This document shows, one piece after another, positions 38,006 through 49,902 of a stretch of DNA of 51,941 bases; position 1 is the stretch's first letter; each line of letters begins with the position of its first letter. The notes beneath the pieces are model-generated. The model saw only the letters and a list, made by a program, of their open reading frames with translations, was not told where the DNA came from and searched no databases. A program made the translations under genes and the position numbers. The DNA comes from Octopus bimaculoides (lineage: Eukaryota): assembly GCF_001194135.2 (NCBI RefSeq), contig NC_068989.1, positions 45,218,665 through 45,270,605 on the forward strand. The letters are read 5' to 3'.

Positions 38006-38391
38006 GTGGAGGCGCAATGGCCCAGTGGTTTTACAGCAGCGGACTCGCGGTCATAGGATCGAGGTTTCGATTCACAGACCGGGCGTTATGAGTGTTTATT
38101 GAGCAAAAACACCTAAAGCTCCACGAAGCTCCATCAGGGGATGGTGGCGAACCCTGCTGTACTCATTCACCACAACTTTCTCTCGTTCTTACTTCCTGTT
38201 TCTGTTGTGCCTGTAATTCAAAGGGTCAGCCTTGTCACACTGTGTCACGCTGAATATCCCCGAGATCTACATTAAGGGTACACGTGTCTGTGGAGTGCTC
38301 AGCCACTTGCACGTTAATTTCACGAGCAAGCTGTGTTGATCGGATCAACTGAAACCCTCGACGTCGTAAGCGACGGAGTGCCAACAACGAC
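38006..38391 (+). mobile_element. SINE family C, full length with 10-bp TSD
   Basis: TSD ggtgtgacgc at 37996-38005 and 38392-38401. Confidence 0.92.
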
Positions 38392-39164
38392 GGTGTGACG
38401 CATCAACAGCAAAATGACCTGGTAGAGATGGTCATCGGATGCTTCATGCATTCCAACATCAGGCGTGCCTATCCAGGTTATACAGATAGGTGGATCAGGA
38501 CCAAATTTGCACCCCCTGCAGTTCCAGTCTGTGGATCAAGCTAACTTTAAAATAAAACACTTTATCTAGGGCAACCGTTGACTGTGTCCGCGACTTCATT
38601 TGCAGAGTGAATGATCCAATTCTCTTCTCTCCCGAGTAAAGTCCAGTCAGTTGAGTACTTTTTAGAGCGAGCCTACTACAAATACTAGTCTACCGCTATT
38701 AGCTTATATTTATCGTACCTTCTGGTAAAAAACAAAAATTTCTCCATCAGTTCCTGATACTTTGCGCATTGCCTCCTATTTACTCCATTCATATGCTCGT
38801 TCTAAAAAAACATTGTAAGTTCCGGCATATTCATTTTGTTATTGCTTTTACTTCAGATGTGATGATTATTTTGCTGATAGTAGATTACTGATAAATGAAT
38901 ATGCAAAGCAACGAAATCATTTATGGAACTTGTAGACTTACGGTGACTATTGTGATAACGTTTGGAATAATGATAATTACATGTAAATAACAAGACAACA
39001 ATATTCATATAAATATAGTATCATCATTTTTAATTAAATGTTTATAACAATCATTAAAATGTTCAGTGAACCGGAACAGTAAAAATGTTATAAGTGAAAA
39101 AGCTGTTTTTATTTTATCATTTTTTGGCGAACGGTTTGCACAAGAGTAATAACTGCTGCTGCTG

Positions 39165-39228
<64 letters not shown>

Positions 39229-39596
39229 CATATATATACATATGTGTGTGTGTGTTTCTACGTATATGTATATAATTAAAATGGCAATGTTGATGTATGC
39301 ATATACCCACACACTCACACATATATGTATATATGTATATATATATATANNNNNNNNNNNNNNNNNNNNNNNNNNNNNNNNNNNNNNNNNNNNNNNNNNN
39401 NNNNNNNNNNNNNNNNNNNNNNNNNNNNNNNNNNNNTATATATTTATAAACACACGAATATGTATTCCTCAACATACATACGTGCATACACACACAGGCA
39501 CACACACACACACATATATATATATGCATATTTATATACTTATATTCGACCATATGTATATTCATATATACAAATACAAACATGGATATATTTATA

Positions 39597-39631
<35 letters not shown>

Positions 39632-40324
39632 ATACGTGCGCACACGAACACACAATCAGACACATACATATGTGTGTGTATATGTATAACGACGTATATG
39701 TTTTTGCGTGTGTCCGTATATGTGTGCGCCCCTATGATGACCATGCACTCCATCTGTGCCGCCATCTGCTCTTCGTCTTATCGTCAGTTGTTCATCCAAC
39801 CATCCCTTCACAAAGCATTACAAACCCGCACCACACCGCAACACACAATATACCACACGCCTTTTCTAGCTCTTATCTCTGTCTTCTCTCAGTTTCGTCC
39901 TCCCCTCCTTACTCACCTATCTCTTTCTTATAAATTTGTGTCCTCTATCTGGAAATCTCTCAGTGTTTATAGATTTCTGTGGAGGAATTGAAAATGACTG
40001 CCTTCAGCACTCACCGGCAGCTTTATCTTGCTTTTATTTATTATAATGTATCCCACCACTCCACTGCCTTTTTTTTTTTGTAAATTAGGGAACGTGCATA
40101 TATACAAATATGCAAGCGTAACATATATTTGCATGAAGTCAAGTTAACAAGCTCACATATACACGGTTAGCGTAATTAGTCTACATACACTGGAAAATAT
40201 GTACAGAATCAATTAGCTATACATACAGTAAATCTTTATCAAACATTGTTCAAAGCAATGGGTCTATAAGTATATGCCTACAATATCAGTGTTTATGTAT
40301 GTATATACGCATATATATATATAT

Positions 40325-41070
40325 AACAAATAATATGGGTGGCCTATTGGCAATTTAACAACCTAAATAGAGGTTGTTAATAGAGGTCACAGAAGTGACA
40401 GAGCGTACTAATAGTACCAGTATTTTAGAAATAAGAGTCAAAGCAACTCAAAAGCCACAAAATACTATTTTAATGACTGATAAGGGGATGTAAGCCCTTA
40501 GCGGATGTAGCCAAATCGACGATTTCTGATTTTGATGGAGAGTATCTTAATCCTCTTCACTGACGGTTGCCGTGCCCGGGGTTAAACTCAACTCCCTCTT
40601 TCACTGTTATAAGAAAACCGTTGAAACACACGCGCTGATTTCAAAACGGTAAAACTGTAAGCAACAAATAATATGGGTGGCTTATTAGCACTTTAACAAC
40701 CTGAAGGCAAATTAAGAGATGTCCCTAAAATGACAGAATGTACCAATTAGTACGAGTATTGCTAGAAATAAGAGTCAAAACAAGCCACAAAGCACTATTT
40801 TAATGACTGACGTTTTGAAATCATCGTATGTGTTACAATGGTTTTCTTATAAGATTGAGGGAGTAGACTTTAACCCTGAATGCGGTAAGAGTCACTGATA
40901 AAAATTAAGATAGCATTAAAATCTGAAATCGTTGATTTGACTATATCCACTGGGGGATTACCTCCCCTTGTCAGTCATTAAGATAGTGCTTTTGAGTTGT
41001 TTTGACATTTATTTCTAGCAATACTGGTACTAATTAGTACCGTCAGTAACTTTAGTGATCTCTGTTATCT
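40325..41070. mobile_element. Compound of two MITE copies (A-B | A-B'-A'), forming a ~750-bp quasi-palindrome
   Basis: Block A (aacaaataatatgggtgg...aatgactga) occurs at ~40325 and ~40663, and its reverse complement at ~40971-41070. Block B (~40485-40650) and its reverse complement (~40811-40970) also occur. Confidence 0.8.
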
Positions 41071-41279
41071 CTCTTTCCTTTCCTGAGCGTCCAATAATAC
41101 TATCCATATCACGTCCTCACTTTGTTGTTTTTTTGTTTTTTTGTTATTGTTTTTTTTTAACTATATATATATATATATATAATTAAATAATGAGGGTAGA
41201 AATTGATATTAATCAATTAAAACCAGTGGCTTAGCATATTTAAAAATTCCGAAGATTAAAAATTATATTACAAACAAAA

Positions 41280-41708
41280 TTAAGAGGAATGACCACCAAA
41301 GTGGACTCCTAATATGCTAGATATAGACTTCAAATCGCCTAACGGCGAAGCCTGTGTTCTCAAGAAAAAAATTTCAGCAAAACGCCAGATTGTAAAAATG
41401 AGCAAGACAAATGAAAATATACGAAATAAAAAACGATTACCTATGTACCAATAGTTTCGCTTGTTAATATCTACGCAAGTAGTTATCTGCAGGCTCATCG
41501 GCGTAGTGTGTAATTTACAAAACATAATTTCCAAGCGAAACCATTGGTACATTGGTAATCGTCTTTTATTTCGTATATTTTCATTTGTCTTGCTCATTTT
41601 TACATTCTGGCGTTTTGCTGAAATTGTCTTCTCGAGAACACTCTTCGTGGTTAGGCGATTTGACGTGTATATCTAGCCTATTAGGAGTCCACTTTGGTGG
41701 TCATTCCT
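41280..41708. mobile_element. MITE with ~178-bp TIRs, TTAA at the left end (Kolobok-like candidate)
   Basis: The left arm ttaa|gaggaatgaccaccaaagtggactcc... (41284-41463) pairs with 41532-41708. The right terminus runs into a 10-N gap. Confidence 0.75.
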
Positions 41709-42262
41709 NNNNNNNNNNTATATATCAATTAATTCTTGTTTTATGTCAAGTTACGTATTAAAAAAACAATTTAAAAGTGTAAGAAAGTCTGATGACGGCG
41801 AGCAAGCCGAAACGTCGAAACCACTATCCAAGTCTTATTTTTTCCATACTATGTACATAGATACATAAGTACATACATACATATATACATACATAAACAC
41901 ATTCATATACATACGTACATAATACAATGCATGCGTACATATACTTGCATACAAACATGCATACCTTTATATATATATATATATATATAGGGAGAGAGAG
42001 AGAGATAGAGAGAAGAGCGATACAAAGAAAGATAGAGACAGAGATTGAAGATAGATATATGTATATCATAGCATATGTACATTTGAGTGAGACGTGGTGT
42101 GGGGTTTTGAGTTTGTAACTCTCTGTTTGAAGAAGACTCAGAGTTTGAGGTACCTAAATCTTATTAAAAAAACTCACGCAAACATTAATATATCTATCCC
42201 TTAAAATTGTGTAGGTTAAATTCCCCTGAATAATTATACATACATACAAACATACACACACA

Positions 42263-42295
<33 letters not shown>

Positions 42296-44133
42296 TAACG
42301 ATGCAATGGCTCAGTATTTGTTTGGTTCCTTATTTGTCAGCCCCAGAATAATAAATTCTAAATTCTCGGCTTTGTGTGAGTTGATCTCGCAATACGTAAA
42401 TGGGGACCAGTAACAGAAAGTGTTTTATTTGAATATTTCCATTCTGCCAATAGGCAATCTTTCTCCTCTATGGCTACCTGCTAATTCCTCTATCTTAACC
42501 CCCGCCGGCTATAAAACGTTGCTCTTATCTTATCTTGTAATCTCCCCTCCCTCGCTCTTTTTTTTTTTTTTTACCTCGGTAAAATTCATTTTGTTTATTT
42601 ATCAATTCTCAGTTGTTTGTTTTAATTTTTTTTTCTTGTATTTAATTTCATATGTTGTTGAAAACATTTGGAGCAGAAGAAGAGGAGGTGAAACAGAAAA
42701 GCAGAAGAATAAAAATGATGAAGAGAGTGATAGAGAAGAAAATTTGCGATGATTGAAAAATAGTTTAAAAACGAAAATGCAGAAGATAAACAACAAAAAT
42801 GAAAAAAAAAACAAATATATAAAANNNNNNNNNNNNNNNNNNNNNNNNNNNNNNNNNNNNNNNNNNNNNNNNNNNNNNNNNNNNNNNNNNNNNNNNNNNN
42901 NNNNNNNNNNNNNNNNNNNNNNNNNNNNNNNNNNNNNNNNNNNNNNNNNNNNNNNNNNNNNNNNNNNNNNNNNNNNNNNNNNNNNNNNNNNNNNNNNNNN
43001 NNNNNNNNNNNNNNNNNNNNNNNNNNNNNNNNNNNNNNNNNNNNNNNNNNNNNNNNNNNNNNNNNNNNNNNNNNNNNNNNNNNNNNNNNNNNNNNNNNNN
43101 NNNNNNNNNNNNNNNNNNNNNNNNNNNNNNNNNNNNNNNNNNNNNNNNNNNNNNNNNNNNNNNNNNNNNNNNNNNNNNNNNNNNNNNNNNNNNNNNNNNN
43201 NNNNNNNNNNNNNNNNNNNNNNNNNNNNNNNNNNNNNNNNNNNNNNNNNNNNNNNNNNNNNNNNNNNNNNNNNNNNNNNNNNNNNNNNNNNNNTAGATAG
43301 ATAAATCAAGCGCTCAAGCAGTTTATAAGCGCACAGAGATCCACAAATACGCACACTCATTAGACACACACACACACACACACACACACGCCTCGCACAT
43401 GTGTCTATATACCAATATACTGATACGCGCACACATACGCACACTTGCACGCATACATGCACACTCATTCAAATACACCATATGACAACAAAAGATAGCT
43501 GAGACTTCAGTTACACCGTTAATCTGTTCTTGCATCAATCAGTCTGGTCTGTATTTAAACATAAACAACCTCTCTCTGCTACCACCATATCCTCCACCAC
43601 CATCTCCACCGCCTCATCCTCCTCAAAATCACTGATACACCACCTCTACCTCCAATACCAAAAACAATCAGTACACTACCGCTGTATCCACCACCGCCAC
43701 CACCATCAACACCACCACCACCACCACAACCACCACCACAATCACCACCAAAACCAATCAGTATACTACCGCTGTATCATCCACCACCACCACAANNNNN
43801 NNNNNNNNNNNNNNNNNNNNNNNNNNNNNNNNNNNNNNNNNNNNNNNNNNNNNNNNNNNNNNNNNNNNNNNNNNNNNNNNNNNNNNNNNNNNNNNNNNNN
43901 NNNNNNNNNNNNNNNNNNNNNNNNNNNNNNNNNNNNNNNNNNNNNNNNNNNNNNNNNNNNNNNNNNNNNNNNNNNNNNNNNNNNNNNNNNNNNNNNNNNN
44001 NNNNNNNNNNNNNNNNNNNNNNNNNNNNNNNNCAACCACCACGTTTACCAAATACGTTACTAACACTATCATTTCACGACGACCACCACAACCATCATAA
44101 CCACTACTACTGCTGCTGTTGCTGCTAAGACTG

Positions 44134-44176
<43 letters not shown>

Positions 44177-44661
44177 CACTACTACTACCACTACCACCAC
44201 TGCTGCTGCTGCTGCTGCTGCTGCTTCCGCTGCTACTACTACTACTACTACTATTACTACTACTACTCTCACCACCACCATCACCACCGAACCGCCACCA
44301 CCATGTTTGCCACTTTACTTTCTCTTATCATCCTATCAAGTCCCACTTCACGACGGCATAATGATATTTCTTCTCTATCCACCAGCCCTAGCTGCATTCT
44401 GCCCCAATCAGTTCCATCGCACCCCGCCACCCTCCCAGCTACCCTCTACCTTAATCAATTCTTCAATCTTTTGCTTCTTCTCCAACCCCACTCCCTTGTT
44501 TCTCCTCGGCCCTTGGGTAAACTGTTAATTGCTATCTACATTAACACCAATCTACGAACAGGATCCTGGTTTAGTTCGTTTCTGATTTGATACTGACCAT
44601 CAGACCGAATATACATAAATATATCTAAATATATTTTTATGTGTGCGTGGGAGTGTGTGTA

Positions 44662-44734
<73 letters not shown>

Positions 44735-44735
<1 letters not shown>

Positions 44736-45103
44736 TGGGTATAATTTGTTTTTGGTAAGTAGCATGCTTACCGACCACATGGTTCCGGGTTCAGTCCCAC
44801 TACTATAGCCTCGGGCCAACCAAAACCCTCTGAGTGGATTCGGTAGACGGAAACTGAAAGAAGCCCGTCGTATATATGTATATATATATATGTGTGTGTG
44901 TCTGTGTTTGTGTCCCCCCAACATCGCTTGACAACCGATGCTGGTGTGTTTACGTCCCCGTAACTTAGCGGTTCGGCAAAAGATACCGATAGAATAAGCA
45001 CCAGGCTTACAAAGAATAAGTCCTGGGGTCGATTTGCTCGACTAAAGGCGGTGCTCCAGCATGGCCACAGTCAAGTGACTGAAACAAGTAAAAGAGTAAA
45101 GAG
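44735..45103 (+). mobile_element. SINE family B with an internal deletion in the CORE-like block
   Basis: gggttcagtcccact is joined directly to actatagcctcggg. The 3' module and gtaaaagagtaaagagta tail are intact. Confidence 0.88.
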
Positions 45104-45299
45104 TATCCCCGTAACTGTCTGATAAACATTTACGTGAAACTGGATAACAGTTTGTGACGTTTTTTAAAATAAAATGGTATTTTGTTGTTGATTTTTCCTT
45201 TCTTCAAGAGAAGGCTTCTGGATTTTACCAAGCTAAAGATCATGAGTGTGCAGTTGATTAGCTCCTGAAAGTCCTTCAGGATTCACCAGTCCCTTCAGG

Positions 45300-46400
45300 A
45301 TGTAATGTCACTCTGATGTTTGAGAGGCTCACAGACTAAAGATGGTGTAGTAGTCTTGAATGAGGTTTCACAGCCTGTCTAGAACGTAGTGCCTGCTTAT
45401 TTCCTCTTTAAATTGATCCCTTGGTATGGACTCGTAGGCATTTGGTTATGTTCTCGTTGTTTTTCCAGACCTCACGATCAGTGGAGTGATACCGTGTTAC
45501 CTCTTGGGTTCCCATGTGAGGAATCAGTGTGGAAGCTTCTCAGATAGGTAGCGACAATGTTGAAGTATCTCTCCCCCATCCCCAACACTGAGAAGGATGA
45601 TTCTGAACTAACTGATCTTTGACCTTTCTTTTTTTGGAAGCTACACCCATTCTGCACAACCCCGCTGATGACTGATGAGCCAACTTGCCCTTTCTCCATA
45701 TCTTCCCTATTCTACAGAGTGACTAGAGTACTAACGGGCAGTTGTAACATGCTTTGTAATGTCATCCAAAAGATCCTAGAGCTGCATTAGCCTTTGTCTT
45801 CACTAATTTCTGAACCTATTTCCAACTGGGATCCTTCTAAAGAAAATCCCGAGTTAATGCAGCCGATTTATCAAAATCTTGCAGTGACCTACAATTTGGT
45901 ATCGTGTCTGGATGTACTACTTAACTTGCCAATGGGATGAATATCGATCTTAGCTTGAGTGCAGATGTATTGACTGCTATGCTTCTCCCTCAGCAATTGT
46001 TTCGGAAACCCACAATGGATCATTATAAAGACAGCTCCGATCCTCACCATCTCATTCAGCCATCGCCTACGCCCACCTGTTCTACATATCACAAGATTCA
46101 TACGGAGAATCTCTGCATCTCTGTGAAAGATCCGTTACCCTATCGAAATTCTTCATCAAGCCTTTCAGCGACAACCTGTGTTGGTAAATCCTACAAGTTC
46201 CCTTGTTCATCATAAAGGCAACATTCACAACTGTCTTCTAATCCAGTCCGAATTTTATATTTGCAAATCTGATGATAAGGATTATTTTATGAATTTGACG
46301 ATCAGCATCACCCTTGCTTCCAAAACGGAATTGACCCCATCGTTGAACTGATAGTCAAAATTCAATTACCCTACAGTTTTTCAGTTTGGCAGCCTGGGTC
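45300..46400 (-). mobile_element. Ancient CR1-like LINE remnant
   Basis: The - strand gives vestiges in the expected order: LDEEFR*G (resembles LD..KAFD.V), RIGAVFIMIH (resembles GSVLGP.LF.IYIN), KANAALGSF (resembles K.N..LG.L), and QFKEEIS (resembles ..FK..L). Very degraded. Confidence 0.4.
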
Positions 46401-46612
46401 CGCGACAGCTAGAGAATCTGGAAATTGGATTTCAAGAGCTTGCATTCCTGCATCTCACTACAGTTTATTTCTCAACGCTTCGACATCTGTACAATTTGCA
46501 TACTGTACACATTTTATATTAGCCTAATGGATCCTTAGGTCACGAATTGTTTACATATCCTTTTGCTAGTAAATTCTCTAACTATTGACTCCTTAATTAT
46601 TGCGACCGAATG

Positions 46613-46673
<61 letters not shown>

Positions 46674-46708
46674 CACACATACACTTCATAAGCAATAACA
46701 CTGTTTAA

Positions 46709-46942
46709 GGCGGCGAGCTGGCAGAAACGCTAGCACGCCGGGTGAAATGCTGAGCGGTGTTTCGCCTGTCTTTACGTTCTGAGTTCAAATTCCGTCGAGG
46801 TCGATTTTGCCTTTCATCCTTTCGGGGTCGATAAATAAAGTACCAGTTACGCACTGGGGTCGATGTAATCGACTTGATCCCTTTGTCTGTCCTTGTTCGT
46901 CCCCTCTATGTTTAGCCCCTTGTGGGCAATAAAGAAATAAGA
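46709..46942 (+). mobile_element. SINE family A, young copy with alternative 3' tail and 15-bp TSD (1 mismatch)
   Basis: TSD aataacact(g/a)tttaa at 46694-46708 and 46943-46957. Tail gatccctttgtctgtccttg...cttgtgggcaataaagaaataag. Confidence 0.9.
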
Positions 46943-47329
46943 AATAACACTATTTAATTATCTTAGAAAATTTTATTGCAAAAATGTTTGTTGGTTTCTG
47001 GTTGGAACCCCCAGGTTTTCTGCACTGAAAGAGCCTGGTTAAGAGTCTATAGGGTTACGTGACACAGCCCAGACACCTTGCAACTATGTTATGACACCAA
47101 CCAGCATGTTGCAGAGGGTGTTTAAAAACTCAAGGGTTCATAAAACCGACAATGAAAATCGATTTGACTGTCTTTTTGTGTACTTACAAATGGGCATCTC
47201 ATATTGAAGTCCTGTTTGTCCAAACCAATAGATTTTGTATTCACTTGATATAAATGAGAGTAAACGTATAAAATACGAATACTAATTAAAGAAGTGATTT
47301 TAAATTCTCAATCGCATGATAATGCTGTT

Positions 47330-47665
47330 CGCTTACTTTTTTTCTTTTGCACATGCGTACTCGTTAGATACATGACGCACTGATGGAGTTCGACGCAATC
47401 ATGCGACAAGCGAAAAAGTTAGCTGAGTCTAACTCCCGTTACATGATCAGGATGGTCGCATATATTCTCCAAATATTCAAATCAAATTTTGAAAACCATC
47501 GGCATCAAATTGGTTACCTCAGCAGGCTCGATGTTGGGTCCCACATCAATTGAATGAGGAGAACATGGCCCAATGAATGTCTGACTACGATTCGTTGCAG
47601 ATCTTTTTTGAAGAGAATGGTAACAAGAGACGAAAACTAAGATCGTCTATGGCAATGTGAAGCGC
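47330..47665 (+). mobile_element. Mariner transposase middle fragment, pseudogenised
   Basis: GYLSRLDV/WVPHQLNEENMAQ*MSDYDSL (WVPHEL motif) followed by FLKRMVTRDEN (first catalytic D region, resembles IVTGDEKW). Confidence 0.8.
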
Positions 47666-47710
47666 GGCGACTTACCTACCTACCTACCTACCTACCTACC
47701 TACCTACCTG

Positions 47711-47779
<69 letters not shown>

Positions 47780-48057
47780 GTAATATATACATACAGCTGA
47801 GTGCAAAATAAACCGTATAGGCAAAGTTTAGTCCTCACTAATTGTGCTACAAGCACATATTCGCTAGAAATAGTTAATTCATTTATACCTGCGTCAAAGC
47901 ACGTTTATATATACTGGCAGCGCAGATAACTGCCCAATGAGCGAAGCTAGAACTGCCTCATGAGCGAATGCTAGAACACTGGACTGCACAGTTTCATCCT
48001 GATGGGAGTTGTCAGCATTGTACCTTCCATGAACAGCTAATTCTCGCTGTCACATCA

Positions 48058-48474
<417 letters not shown>

Positions 48475-49112
48475 TTTCTTGTCCTTCTCTTTCTTTAATT
48501 CCTTCTTTTCCTTCTCATTTATCTGCCTTGTACCTTCCTTTATGTCCGTTTGATTTCCTCTCTTTCTCGTTCTTCCCCTAATCCTTCAACCTCTCTGCCC
48601 CCCACCACTCTCTCTTTTCCTTCCACATAACCGTTGTTCGGCCCGGCATGAGCTTTCTTTCTTGGCTCGACTGCCGGCCGCGAAACATCTCTGATACTCC
48701 TGTCTCTTGACTTTCATCTCTTATGTTCATCTATGTTCCTGCCTCAAGGCTTTCACTCTACGCACGCCAGCTCAAATTGATTCGTCTTTATTAGTCGAAA
48801 GATACCTGTTGTTATTTTCTTGTTTTGTATTTGTAATTGTGTAACATGGTCTCCGTTTTTGTGTTTGTTGTACACATTCGCTTGCTTTCTCCCACCAAAT
48901 TTAATGTTTTAAGTTAAAATTTTTGGGGGCATCCAAATTTGAACGGTCTCAAGTGTAACTGCCCGAAACTGTAAGGAAAATTTGGTAACTTGACTGATGA
49001 GAGAAGGCAGCAAATGACCTGTCCTTGTTTTTTCCTGTCCATTCACATCATCTATGTATCCGGATGCTTTATTGTCTGTTGCGTTCTTGTTCCATTTTTC
49101 AGATATACATAC

Positions 49113-49143
<31 letters not shown>

Positions 49144-49184
49144 CATGCATATATACATACATATATGTCTACACGCGACAAGCT

Positions 49185-49470
49185 TCTTTTCGTTTCCGTC
49201 TACGAAATTCACTCACAAGGCTTTGGTCGGCCCCAGGCTATAGTAGAAGACACTTGCTCAAGGTACCATGCAGGAGTCTGAACCCGGAACCATGTGATTG
49301 GAAAACATGTATATTTTATCTATGTTCAGACTATAATAGAAGGCTATAGTCTATATCTTAATTAAATACAGGCTATAGTAGAAGATGCTTGCCCAAGGTG
49401 TCACGCAGGGGGACTGAACCTGGAACCATGTGGTTGGAAAACAAGCTTCTTACTACACAGCTATACCTGA
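49185..49470 (-). mobile_element. Two adjacent SINE family-B head fragments (49185-49300 and 49370-49470)
   Basis: The block aggctatagtagaaga..cttgc.caaggt..ca.gcagg...ctgaacc.ggaaccatgtg..ttggaaaac occurs twice. Confidence 0.75.
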
Positions 49471-49489
49471 GCTTATATAATGTATATCT

Positions 49490-49715
49490 TTTATATTTTA
49501 CATGTTTTAGTCATTTGACTGCGGCCATGCTGGGGCACCGCTTTGGAGGATTTTAGTCGAACAAATCGACTCCAGGACATTTTAATTTTAAGCCTGGTAC
49601 TTATCTATCGGTGTTTTTTTTTGCCGAACCACTAAATTACAGAGACGTAAACATACCAACACCGGTTGTGAAGCGTTGGTGGGGAACAAATACAGACGCG
49701 GAGACACAGACATAT
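49490..49715 (-). mobile_element. SINE family B 3' module lacking its head
   Basis: tcatttgactgcggccatgctggggcaccgc...ccgaaccactaaattac...ggttgtgaagcgttggtggggaacaaatacagac. Confidence 0.85.
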
Positions 49716-49724
49716 GCCTACCGA

Positions 49725-49812
<88 letters not shown>

Positions 49813-49820
49813 CATCTATG

Positions 49821-49853
<33 letters not shown>

Positions 49854-49901
49854 GTCTGTCTGTCTGTCTGTATGTATGTCTGTCTGTCTGTCTGTCTGTC
49901 T
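49725..49901. repeat. (TCTA)n/(TCTG)n compound microsatellite
   Basis: Directly visible. Confidence 0.96.
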
Positions 49902-49902
49902 C

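Noticed and set aside
43620-43795. CRISPR-like repeat-spacer appearance
   Set aside because: Only 2-3 imperfect repeats, low-complexity spacers, eukaryotic context and no cas genes.
45469-45547. Candidate internal exon (ttttccag|...atag|gtagcg)
   Set aside because: Weak donor, unrecognisable peptide, and it overlaps the antisense CR1-like remnant.
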